A stretch of 32,000 nucleotides of DNA from Pasteurella multocida (GTDB taxonomy: Bacteria; Pseudomonadota; Gammaproteobacteria; Enterobacterales; Pasteurellaceae), in contig NZ_LT906458.1 of the NCBI RefSeq assembly GCF_900187275.1, positions 1,800,001 to 1,832,000 on the forward strand. The letters run 5' to 3'. The notes below the pieces were generated by a model. The model was not told the DNA's origin. It worked only from the letters and a program-made list of their open reading frames with translations, and searched no databases. Both the position numbers and the translations under genes were made by a program. Numbering within the stretch: position 1 is the first letter of the stretch; each line of letters opens with the position of its first letter. This document shows positions 22,070-30,053 of the stretch, one piece after another.

Positions 22070-24631
22070 TTAATATTGATAACTGAGCGTAAACACATAA
22101 GTGCGACCACGCGCAAAGTTATTTAACACATTAATTGTTTTATCTGACAGATCAATATTAAATACCGATTGGCTTGCCGAGTCATTATTAGCATCTAATG
22201 GGTTGATATATCGCTTATCAAACACATTTTGCACTTCTGCTTTTAGCACCAAGTTTTTAATTGGTTCATAGCTAATCTGGAGATCAAAAATGATAGGTTG
22301 TTTTGGAATGTCCTGTGTTACCCTAATTTGTTCTTTGACTGTATCCTTCTCATCACCTGATTTTATTGCCAAAGGTTGTTTTAATACTCGCTTACTTTTT
22401 CCGTAGTACTTAGCAGTCGTACTAATATCGAGTTTGCCATCGAAAAAGCGAGTCCCTATTTCTAATGAACCATAAGATTCCGGTAACACTGAGATTTTAC
22501 TTGCGCCAAAACCTTGAAGTAATCTGTTTGTATTACTTGCACCACCAGTTCTTGCACTCCCATCAGTAAAGGAGACGGGTTGGTTATTTTTTTGTTTTGC
22601 ATACGTGAGATTGAAATAGATATTACCCATATCATAACTTATCTCTGTTTCAATCCCAGTCATTTTTACGCGTTGTGAGTAGTTCTTATGTAAAATATTT
22701 GTATCATTAAGATAGATTAATTTACCCGCAACTAACGGTTGACGATTATCTGAGTTATAAATGAAATCTTTAATATGAGTATTATAATATACCACCTTGT
22801 AGCCTAATTTATCCCTTTCGCTAAAAAGCCTATCTCGATAACCATTAATACCGAATTGTATTGTTTTGGCTGTTTCTGGTTTCAAATTGGTATTGACGCC
22901 ATAATCCCCAACACTAGAAAAAAAGACCTCTCGAATGTTGGGGGCACGATGGCTTTTAGCATAACTAATGAAAGGGGTAAATAAATCGTGAAGATGGGTA
23001 GATAATGTCACGGAATAATTATACATTTTACCTGCCGAACTATCAGGTAAGGTGAAATTCACTTCACGGCATTGCTCATGACCATCTTCCTCCTCTTTGC
23101 AGTTATGTTGTTTGAGATCATCTCGTTTTGACGTAAGCTGAAGGAGTTGTTGCTGTATCTTGGTATCTTTAAAGCGCCCTTTTATCAATTTACGAGTCAA
23201 TGCATTAATTTCATTATCCATATTAGAGAGATAATGTGGTAAATATTTTAAACGCTCCCCTTTCAAAGTATAGCGACTTAGATTGATGTTATAATCAAGG
23301 TTAAACATCTTCCAGCTAAGATGGTTGTCAACATAAAACGTGATGATATTGTGCTTCCCATTAGGCTGAAAAGTGGCTTTTCCTAAACTTTTTCTAATAC
23401 AACCTAAACCCAAACAGTCAAAGTCATAAGTTCGTTCGCCTTCTTCAAGGTTAATATTCAGTTCTTCAGAGGGATCGCGATTTTTAAAATAACGACTTTT
23501 TAAAATATGAAAACCCACGCGAGTTTTTAATGTTGCCTCAAAAGGTAAATCAAAATGGAACATGTTATTCACATCGAACGTGTCGGCTTTATTGCTTGCA
23601 ATTAATGGTGTTAACAACGTTTTACCAATAATCATGGTGCCTTCTGGATATTTCTGTGATGACACATTACGAGCAAGTAATAAGTTGAAATCAAGCCATG
23701 AGATATCAGGGAGTGCCAAATGATAATTAAATTGGTAGTTATTATTTCGAATCGAACGTCCTCCGACACGTGTTTGGTATTGTCGATAGGAAAGGGTACC
23801 TTGTTGATAACGATCACCATACTCTAATTTAGCAAGATGACTAATTGGGCGCTGACGTACATGGGTGGCATCAAATGGTGAGGTATCAGTTTGTTCTCTA
23901 TCGTTTTCATCTAAACCTGTTAAATCAATGGAACTTTCCGTCACTTTTCTGCCGCCACCGATACGATAATCTTGTGAAAGATGGCGTTCACTAAACCCAT
24001 ATAGTAAGCCTAACCAACGCTCATTTTCAAAATTTTGTTTAAAGGCGACAGCACCTAGTACTTGCGGTTCTGTGGCATTACTCCCCCATAAATATTTACC
24101 CATAAATCCCAGTTGTCGACTTTCTGCAACTAAATCTTTCACTCCAATAGTTTTAAAGTGGGCAGAACCTAACAGTGTATTTGCGCCATGGCTTCCTTCA
24201 AAAGAACCTCGATCAATTTCGACACGGCTTAAAAAACCAGGATCAATCAAACTACCAAATTGAGAGGTGCTACTATTGCGGCTCCCACTATCAGTAGAGC
24301 TTGCATAAAAAGTTTGGCTGACACCATCGATCATAGTGTTGACACGACCAAAACCTGTTCCGCCTCTTACATTGACTGATACGGTACCTGACGATTTATC
24401 AATTTGAGTGAACGAGCCTGGCACAGAACGTAATACCGAATCTAAACTCTGTGTTGCAGTTTGAAATTGTGTTCGAGTACTGCTAGCCGATTGTTTTAAG
24501 AACACTTTATCTTTTTCTTTAAACGCTTCTGTTTCTACCGAAATCACATCTAATTCTGTACTTTCTGCATAAGAATATAAAGGTAAGATTAAGGGTAAAA
24601 TATAACCCAATATTTTCTTTGATTTGTTCAT
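22070..24631 (-). CDS. TonB-dependent outer-membrane receptor (853 aa), substrate unknown
   Basis: Signal peptide, TonB-box-like ELDVISVET, plug motifs (VSVNVRGGTGFGRVNTMIDGVSQ) and a long barrel with Cys-pair loops (DFDCLGLGC; HNCKEEEDGHEQC). The terminal strand is RTYVFTLSYQY. AAGGAA SD. AT-rich by eye. Confidence 0.9.
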   Translation of the reverse strand: MNKSKKILGYILPLILPLYSYAESTELDVISVETEAFKEKDKVFLKQSASSTRTQFQTATQSLDSVLRSVPGSFTQIDKSSGTVSVNVRGGTGFGRVNTMIDGVSQTFYASSTDSGSRNSSTSQFGSLIDPGFLSRVEIDRGSFEGSHGANTLLGSAHFKTIGVKDLVAESRQLGFMGKYLWGSNATEPQVLGAVAFKQNFENERWLGLLYGFSERHLSQDYRIGGGRKVTESSIDLTGLDENDREQTDTSPFDATHVRQRPISHLAKLEYGDRYQQGTLSYRQYQTRVGGRSIRNNNYQFNYHLALPDISWLDFNLLLARNVSSQKYPEGTMIIGKTLLTPLIASNKADTFDVNNMFHFDLPFEATLKTRVGFHILKSRYFKNRDPSEELNINLEEGERTYDFDCLGLGCIRKSLGKATFQPNGKHNIITFYVDNHLSWKMFNLDYNINLSRYTLKGERLKYLPHYLSNMDNEINALTRKLIKGRFKDTKIQQQLLQLTSKRDDLKQHNCKEEEDGHEQCREVNFTLPDSSAGKMYNYSVTLSTHLHDLFTPFISYAKSHRAPNIREVFFSSVGDYGVNTNLKPETAKTIQFGINGYRDRLFSERDKLGYKVVYYNTHIKDFIYNSDNRQPLVAGKLIYLNDTNILHKNYSQRVKMTGIETEISYDMGNIYFNLTYAKQKNNQPVSFTDGSARTGGASNTNRLLQGFGASKISVLPESYGSLEIGTRFFDGKLDISTTAKYYGKSKRVLKQPLAIKSGDEKDTVKEQIRVTQDIPKQPIIFDLQISYEPIKNLVLKAEVQNVFDKRYINPLDANNDSASQSVFNIDLSDKTINVLNNFARGRTYVFTLSYQY

Positions 24632-24684
24632 ATATTTAATTCCTTTTAAATTTCAAATCATTTAAAAAATTTGAGAGTGACAGA

Positions 24685-24713
24685 ATAGTAATATAGTTGA
24701 TAATGATTATCAA
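24685..24713 (-). promoter_or_regulatory. Fur-controlled promoter of the TonB-dependent receptor gene
   Basis: TGATAATGATTATCA at 24698-24712 is a perfect 15/15 match to the 7-1-7 Fur motif TGATAATNATTATCA. On the minus strand, -35 TTGATA (24713-24708), a 17-nt spacer and -10 TACTAT (24690-24685) overlap it. Confidence 0.7.
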
Positions 24714-25133
24714 ACTTATTTTTGTGGTTTTTTATTTTAATAAATTAATTTTTTATGGATGATAAAATTGATGAGGAAATATCTTGTTTCAGGTTTTTAT
24801 ATATAAGTTTTCAATAAATAAAGGTAATTGATAAGGATGGTTATTAAATGAAATCGTCAGATATAAGATGAGTTTATTTTAATTTCCTTAACATGAAAGG
24901 ATGATTTATTCTTATTTAGAATAATGAGTGATATTTAATTGTTAGTATAATTTGTTTGTCTAATAAAATAGTGCTTCATTACCAACCAAATTTTAGGTTA
25001 ATAATGTATTTATTTAGCCAAATATCATTCCTTTGCTTAAATAAATTATTTTTTACAACAATATAATCTAAATTATTCATGCTATCGACGACAAGTACAG
25101 CTCATTTTAAGAAAATTGTACTTATACCATGGA

Positions 25134-26663
25134 TTATATTGCAGATAACTTCTGTAACAACCTATCCATCGCCCGATAACCCAGTGCTTCGGCGAGGTGG
25201 CATTGTTGAATTTGGCATTCATTATTTAAGTCTGCAATGGTGCGTGCTACTTTTAAAATACGATGATAGGCGCGTACGGATAACCCCAATTTAGCTAAGG
25301 CATTTTCTAAAAATAACGCATCTTGATCACTGATCTTACAGTCTCGCTCAATTTCTTTACTGGTCAAATAAGCATTAATTTTCCCCGCACGCGCCAGTTG
25401 TATGTCGCGTACTTTTAATACTTTTTCTCTCACTTGTGCGCTACTTTCGCCCCGATCTGTTTGCTGTTGTAACGCGCCTTTGGGTAGTAAAGGGACTTCG
25501 ATTGACAAATCAAAGCGATCTAAAAACGGACCGGATAAGCGATTGAGATAACGCAAGATTTGTTGTGGTGAGGTGCGATTGTGAGTACCTTGATAATGTC
25601 CCGTTGGGCTAGGATTCATGGCGGCAATTAATTGAAAACGAGCGGGGAATTGAATTTTTGCATTGGCACGCGAAATGATAATTTCACCACTTTCCAAAGG
25701 TTGACGTAAGGCATCTAATACTTTACGTTCAAATTCTGGTAACTCATCGAGAAATAACACCCCATTGTGTGCGAGCGAAATTTCACCGGGTTTGGGTATG
25801 GTGCCGCCCCCTACTAAAGCTGGTGTTGAAGCGCTGTGATGAGGGGCACGAAATGGGCGTTGTTTCCAATTATGAAAATTCAATTCATGATGAATAAGGC
25901 TTGTCACTGCGGCGGTTTCAATGGTTTCTTGATCGTTCATTTCTGGTAACAAGGTAGTTAATCGGCTGGCGAGCATGGTCTTTCCTGTACCGGGCGGCCC
26001 CAAAAAAAGCAGATTATGTTGTCCTGCGGCAGCAATGGTTAAAGCGCGTTTAGCATGGGATTGTCCGATAATATCGGTTAAATCTTTTTGTGTTGTTGCT
26101 AAAAGGGCTGGATCATGTTGTGTAGGCAGGTCTGAGGCTAAAGGTAACGTGGAATGATCATTGAGGAAATTGACGACTTCTAATAAATGTTGCGCAAAAT
26201 AGGTGTCTTGCTGGGAAACTAACGAGGCTTCATTGGCATTTTGACTGGCGATAATCAATTTCCGCTTGGCTTTTTGTGCAGCAAGGATCGCGGGGATGAC
26301 GCCATGTACTGCACGTAAATCACCGGTTAGCGCTAACTCACCCACAAATTCAAATTGTTGTAACTTTTGTGGATCAATTTGACCAGAAGCGGCGAGCATA
26401 CCAATGGCGATCGGTAAATCAAAACGTCCGCCTTCTTTGGGTAAATCGGCGGGGGCGAGATTGACCGTGATCCGTTTAGCGGGGTATTTAAATTGAGCAT
26501 TGAGCAAGGCGCTGCGTACGCGATCTTGTGCTTCTTTGACGGTTTTTTCGGGTAAGCCGACTAAGTTGAATTGCGGTTTACCATTACTGAAATGCACCTC
26601 AATGGTGACTAAAGGGGCTTGTACGCCCATTGAGGCGCGACTATAAACAATTGCAAGTGACAT
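25134..26663 (-). CDS. comM: Mg-chelatase-like AAA+ protein ComM/YifB (competence helicase)
   Basis: 509 aa with Walker A GPPGTGKT and collinear YifB/ComM N- and C-terminal domains. The reading frame is intact. Confidence 0.92.
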   Translation of the reverse strand: MSLAIVYSRASMGVQAPLVTIEVHFSNGKPQFNLVGLPEKTVKEAQDRVRSALLNAQFKYPAKRITVNLAPADLPKEGGRFDLPIAIGMLAASGQIDPQKLQQFEFVGELALTGDLRAVHGVIPAILAAQKAKRKLIIASQNANEASLVSQQDTYFAQHLLEVVNFLNDHSTLPLASDLPTQHDPALLATTQKDLTDIIGQSHAKRALTIAAAGQHNLLFLGPPGTGKTMLASRLTTLLPEMNDQETIETAAVTSLIHHELNFHNWKQRPFRAPHHSASTPALVGGGTIPKPGEISLAHNGVLFLDELPEFERKVLDALRQPLESGEIIISRANAKIQFPARFQLIAAMNPSPTGHYQGTHNRTSPQQILRYLNRLSGPFLDRFDLSIEVPLLPKGALQQQTDRGESSAQVREKVLKVRDIQLARAGKINAYLTSKEIERDCKISDQDALFLENALAKLGLSVRAYHRILKVARTIADLNNECQIQQCHLAEALGYRAMDRLLQKLSAI

Positions 26664-26702
26664 CGTTCATTCCACTGATAAAAAAGAAAACCGCTGGATA
26701 AT

Positions 26703-26743
26703 AAAAAAGTGCGTTTCCTTTGGCAGGAAGAACGCACTTTTTT
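26703..26743 (-). terminator. engB terminator (USS-like imperfect hairpin)
   Basis: AAAAAAGTGCGTT...AACGCACTTTTTT; on the minus strand the stem is followed by T6. The arms differ from a true USS by one base. Confidence 0.65.
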
Positions 26744-26770
26744 ACGATCTAGATCGCAGAAACGATGTTT

Positions 26771-27388
26771 CTATTCACTCAAAACAGGGGCAAACCAACT
26801 GTCTAATTTGGCAGCAAGACGATCAATGCCCGTTTTATTTAAAGCAGAAAAGGCTTCAACTTGGACATCACCTTGGAAAGGGAGAATGGCTTCACGTACC
26901 ATTTTTACTTGTTTACTTCTTGCACTTTGGCTCAGTTTATCTGCTTTGGTGAGTAAAAGAAGAACTGGCAGCTCAGAGGCGACCGTCCATTCTATCATTT
27001 GTTGGTCTAAGTCTTTCAACGGATGACGAATATCCATTAAGATCACCACGCCAGCTAAACATTGACGTTTTTGTAGGTACTCACCGAGGGCTTTTTGCCA
27101 TTGAATTTTCATTTGTTCAGGTACCGCGGCGTAGCCATAACCGGGTAAATCCACTAAACGACATTGGGGTTCAACTTCGAATAAGTTGATTAACTGGGTG
27201 CGACCGGGGGTTTTTGAAGTACGTGCTAAACTTTTTTGGTTGGTTAAGGCATTAAGTGCGGTGGATTTTCCCGCATTTGAACGTCCCGCAAAAGCAATTT
27301 CAATGCCACTGTCTTCTGGCAAGGCACGAATATCCGGTGCACTGGTGAGAAAATGGGTTTTATGATAATTCAGTTTTATATCAGACAT
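26771..27388 (-). CDS. engB: Ribosome biogenesis GTPase EngB/YihA
   Basis: G1 motif GRSNAGKST, plus DLPGYG and TKADK motifs. The start is set at ATG 27388 because AGGAG (complement of 27394-27398) lies within the track ORF's extension. Confidence 0.92.
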   Translation of the reverse strand: MSDIKLNYHKTHFLTSAPDIRALPEDSGIEIAFAGRSNAGKSTALNALTNQKSLARTSKTPGRTQLINLFEVEPQCRLVDLPGYGYAAVPEQMKIQWQKALGEYLQKRQCLAGVVILMDIRHPLKDLDQQMIEWTVASELPVLLLLTKADKLSQSARSKQVKMVREAILPFQGDVQVEAFSALNKTGIDRLAAKLDSWFAPVLSE

Positions 27389-27498
27389 AGAGGCTCCTTT
27401 AAGTGTCTTAGAATACCTTATAAGCACACATAAAAAAATGAAAAAATGCCGAATTTATGCGAAAATAAGCGCTCTTTATTTCTAATTAGCTGAATTAT

Positions 27499-28368
27499 AT
27501 GACAGATAACTTTTATCAATGGCCTGATCCCATGCGTTTATATCCTGATCAGGGCAAAAAATCCTATCGTTTGAAACGTTTTCGTTTCCATTTACGTTCG
27601 TTATTGCATCAGGGCAATATTAAGCGTTTTGAACAGTTTATTAATCAGCATCCTACCTTAGCGGGGCTATTAAACAGCCGTCCTAGCTTTAGTTATCCGT
27701 TGGCACACCGTTTTTTAGACAAGCGTTTTAGCACCAAACAACGTTTTGCAGCAATTTGTGAGAATTTACGTTTTTTACCTGAAAAATTCACCGCACTTGG
27801 TCTGCCTCAGCTATGGGAAAAGGAAATGTGCTTTGGTGAGGTGATTGAGGATTTCGAGCTTTATCTGTGTCTAAATTATCATCAGGCAATGGAAGGGTAT
27901 TGGGCATTAGAACTGCGTTATAAACCGACGGGGCAATTAATTTATTTATTAACCTTTGGTAAAGTTGAACAATCATTACTTATTGCCGTGATTCAAGGTC
28001 CAAACTTTGAGGGTTCAAAAGAGTTAGTGAAAGTGTTAACGAAAAAATGTCATGGTTTACGTCCAGCCTATTTGATGGTGGAGGCGATGAAAGCACTCAC
28101 GAATGCTTTGGGGTATGACAAATTATTAGGCATTCCGCACAAGTATCAAAATAAATCTCGCTTGGTCCAAAGTAAGCGCTATGTGGTGGATTATGATGCG
28201 ATTTTTGCGGAATCGGCTGGCGAACTAAAAGATTATTGGGAATTGCCAGTGCAATTTGCGATGAAAGATATGGACAGTATTCCAAGTAACAAACGCTCTA
28301 TGTATCGTAAGCGCTATGCGATGCTTGAACAGCTACAAGCCAATATGAAGCAAACATTGCAACATTAA
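27499..28368 (+). CDS. VirK/YbjX (DUF535) family protein
   Basis: 289 aa. The N-terminal RLKRFRFHLRSL, central LLIAVIQGP and LRPAYLMVEAMKALTNALGYDKLLGI blocks resemble DUF535 as I recall it. There is no clear SD, so the start is uncertain. Confidence 0.7.
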   Translation: MTDNFYQWPDPMRLYPDQGKKSYRLKRFRFHLRSLLHQGNIKRFEQFINQHPTLAGLLNSRPSFSYPLAHRFLDKRFSTKQRFAAICENLRFLPEKFTALGLPQLWEKEMCFGEVIEDFELYLCLNYHQAMEGYWALELRYKPTGQLIYLLTFGKVEQSLLIAVIQGPNFEGSKELVKVLTKKCHGLRPAYLMVEAMKALTNALGYDKLLGIPHKYQNKSRLVQSKRYVVDYDAIFAESAGELKDYWELPVQFAMKDMDSIPSNKRSMYRKRYAMLEQLQANMKQTLQH

Positions 28369-28376
28369 AGCCAAGA

Positions 28377-28409
28377 GAAAAGGTCGCTTAATCAAATAAG
28401 CGACCTTTC
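28377..28409 (+). terminator. Terminator of the DUF535 gene
   Basis: AAAGGTCGCTTA-atcaaa-TAAGCGACCTTT, a perfect 12-bp stem 9 nt after the stop. A forward USS follows at 28417-28425. Confidence 0.75.
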
Positions 28410-28441
28410 TGTTAGAAAGTGCGGTGGTTTTTTCGTATTTT

Positions 28442-28918
28442 TTAACGTGGGAGATTTACCGCACCGCCGTAACCTAGTTGTCGCCATGCTTCATAGACGG
28501 CGACCGCAACGGAATTAGAGAGGTTCATGCTACGACTATTTTCCGTCATCGGAATTCGAATTTTTTGTGCCATGGGCAAGCTGTCTAAAATGGACATTGG
28601 AATTCCTCGGCTTTCTGGACCAAACATCAAATAATCCCCTAACTCAAATTGCACTTGGCTGTGTGCCGGTGAACCTTTCGTGGTTAAAGCAAATAAACGT
28701 TTTGGTTGTTCAGTGGCTAAAAATGTTTCAAAGGTTTTATGCCGTTTGATTTCGGCAAATTCATGATAATCCAAGCCAGAACGACGTAATTTCTTATCAT
28801 CCCAAGTAAAACCCAGTGGTTCAATCAAGTGTAAGCGAAAACCCGTATTAGCACATAAACGAATAATATTGCCGGTATTTTGTGGGATTTCGGGTTCGTA
28901 TAAAACAATATCTAGCAT
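28442..28918 (-). CDS. trmL: tRNA (cytidine34/5-carboxymethylaminomethyluridine34-2'-O)-methyltransferase TrmL (SPOUT)
   Basis: [26 protein letters not shown] is collinear with TrmL/YibK. ATG 28918 is preferred over the upstream TTG at 28930. Confidence 0.9.
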   Translation of the reverse strand: MLDIVLYEPEIPQNTGNIIRLCANTGFRLHLIEPLGFTWDDKKLRRSGLDYHEFAEIKRHKTFETFLATEQPKRLFALTTKGSPAHSQVQFELGDYLMFGPESRGIPMSILDSLPMAQKIRIPMTENSRSMNLSNSVAVAVYEAWRQLGYGGAVNLPR

Positions 28919-28975
28919 AATTTTTGACAAAAAAAGAAAAAGTGGGCTGATTTTAGCATGATTTCTTTTTGTGTA

Positions 28976-29004
28976 TAAAAAGGTTTCTGTGTTCAGAAGC
29001 CTTT
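28976..29004 (-). terminator. Terminator of the Slam-lipoprotein operon
   Basis: On the minus strand, AAAAGGCTTCTG-aaca-CAGAAACCTTTTT (one mismatch in the stem, T5 tail), starting 9 nt after the lipoprotein stop. Confidence 0.7.
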
Positions 29005-29012
29005 TAAATAAC

Positions 29013-30029
29013 TTATTGTTTTTTCTCCATACCTAAAACACCCCAGTACTGCTCAGTACTACCTTGGCCGACAAGATATTTGTTTTTTTCACCATTTGTA
29101 CTATTGATGAAATGTAAGTCCATTTGGAAACGATGAGGTGATGTGGCTCCTTTTGTTAGTCTTGTTCCCGAATTAGGTAAATATTCTACAGTAGGAAAAA
29201 TTTCTACTTTACGAGGATTATTATCAAATCCAGTAATCTGAAACAATTTTTCATTCCAATGTTTAGCCAATATTTCACCATCCACTCTACCATTGTTATA
29301 TGTTAAGAATGCTCTTGCAACAGTAGGTACATTTGGAGTATCTATACTAGAGAACCAAAATTGACCTTCATAAGTCGCATTAAATTTTTGAAGGTTATCA
29401 AAATTTTCAGCTTCTTTTTTGAAAGCATAAGTATATTTATTTTCTATTCTGTTCATATCTTGAGTATCACGATAAAAACCATAATAGACATTGTCATCTA
29501 GTAAATTAAAAATATAGCTTGGTGCATTTTTATTGTCTTGATTTATGCCTAGATTAAGTTTGATATAACTAATTTCTTTTTTAAGAATCAATTTTTGATC
29601 GCTATAATCTGCATCTGGATTTGCGATTAATTCGTATGTAAATACAGCATCTTTATTATAAGAATCTTTTACTGGATTAGTTGATGTTTCTAAAAGTGTT
29701 TTGTTTACTTCGGGAATCAGAACTGGCACTTTAACAGGTTCGGCTGGTAAAGTAGCCGTTATTTGCGCTGTCGGCACGGGATTTTGTTTAGGCGCAGTAT
29801 CAATAGTCGGAGCGAGTGAGGGCGCTTTAATTGGTGTAGTTGGTGAAGTTACCACTGTTTGTATTGTTAGCGCTGGTTTTTCTGCTACTTTTTGTGCTTG
29901 TGGTATAGTTACGGTACGTTTTTCCATAGGAGAGTGAGATGGATTGTTATTACCCCCACCACCACTACAAGCGGTAATCAGAAGAGAACAAAAAACAGGG
30001 AGAGATTTTTTGATGTCAAAATACTGCAT
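29013..30029 (-). CDS. TbpB-fold surface lipoprotein, putative Slam substrate, ligand unknown
   Basis: Lipobox LLITAC followed by SGGGGNNN, then a ~85-aa Pro/Thr/Ala/Val-rich tether and a C-terminal domain. That domain carries the motif series [33 protein letters not shown] and [11 protein letters not shown]-end, which parallels the 8-stranded barrel of TbpB/HpuA/fHbp-type lipoproteins. AAGGAA SD. Confidence 0.75.
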   Translation of the reverse strand: MQYFDIKKSLPVFCSLLITACSGGGGNNNPSHSPMEKRTVTIPQAQKVAEKPALTIQTVVTSPTTPIKAPSLAPTIDTAPKQNPVPTAQITATLPAEPVKVPVLIPEVNKTLLETSTNPVKDSYNKDAVFTYELIANPDADYSDQKLILKKEISYIKLNLGINQDNKNAPSYIFNLLDDNVYYGFYRDTQDMNRIENKYTYAFKKEAENFDNLQKFNATYEGQFWFSSIDTPNVPTVARAFLTYNNGRVDGEILAKHWNEKLFQITGFDNNPRKVEIFPTVEYLPNSGTRLTKGATSPHRFQMDLHFINSTNGEKNKYLVGQGSTEQYWGVLGMEKKQ

Positions 30030-30053
30030 GACAATTCCTTTTAAATAAAATGG

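Noticed and set aside
22587-22924. Homopolymer tracts in the TonB receptor gene (T7 at 22587-22593, A7 at 22918-22924) as possible phase-variation switches
   Set aside because: Only 7 nt long and mid-gene. I found no CCAA-type tetranucleotide or long poly-G/C repeat like those in Haemophilus hgp genes, so phase variation is not supported.
22070-24631. Assigning heme or hemoglobin specificity to the receptor from HRAP...NTNL (FRAP/NPNL-like) boxes
   Set aside because: These boxes are loosely shared by many TonB-dependent receptors, and the conserved His between them is absent. Specificity is left open.
25079-25294. 71-aa plus-strand ORF spanning the comM 3' end
   Set aside because: It overlaps the comM coding region in antisense and starts in AT-rich intergenic DNA without an SD.
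25134-26663. comM as a disrupted integration hotspot, or as part of a defence system (AAA+ ATPase)
   Set aside because: The reading frame is intact and full-length (509 aa) with housekeeping neighbours, and no island is inserted in it. I found no nuclease, methylase or helicase partners.
29701-29937. 78-aa plus-strand ORF rich in Gly/Ala/Val opposite the lipoprotein tether
   Set aside because: It is the mirror image of Pro/Thr/Ala codons on the coding strand, an artefact of low-complexity sequence.
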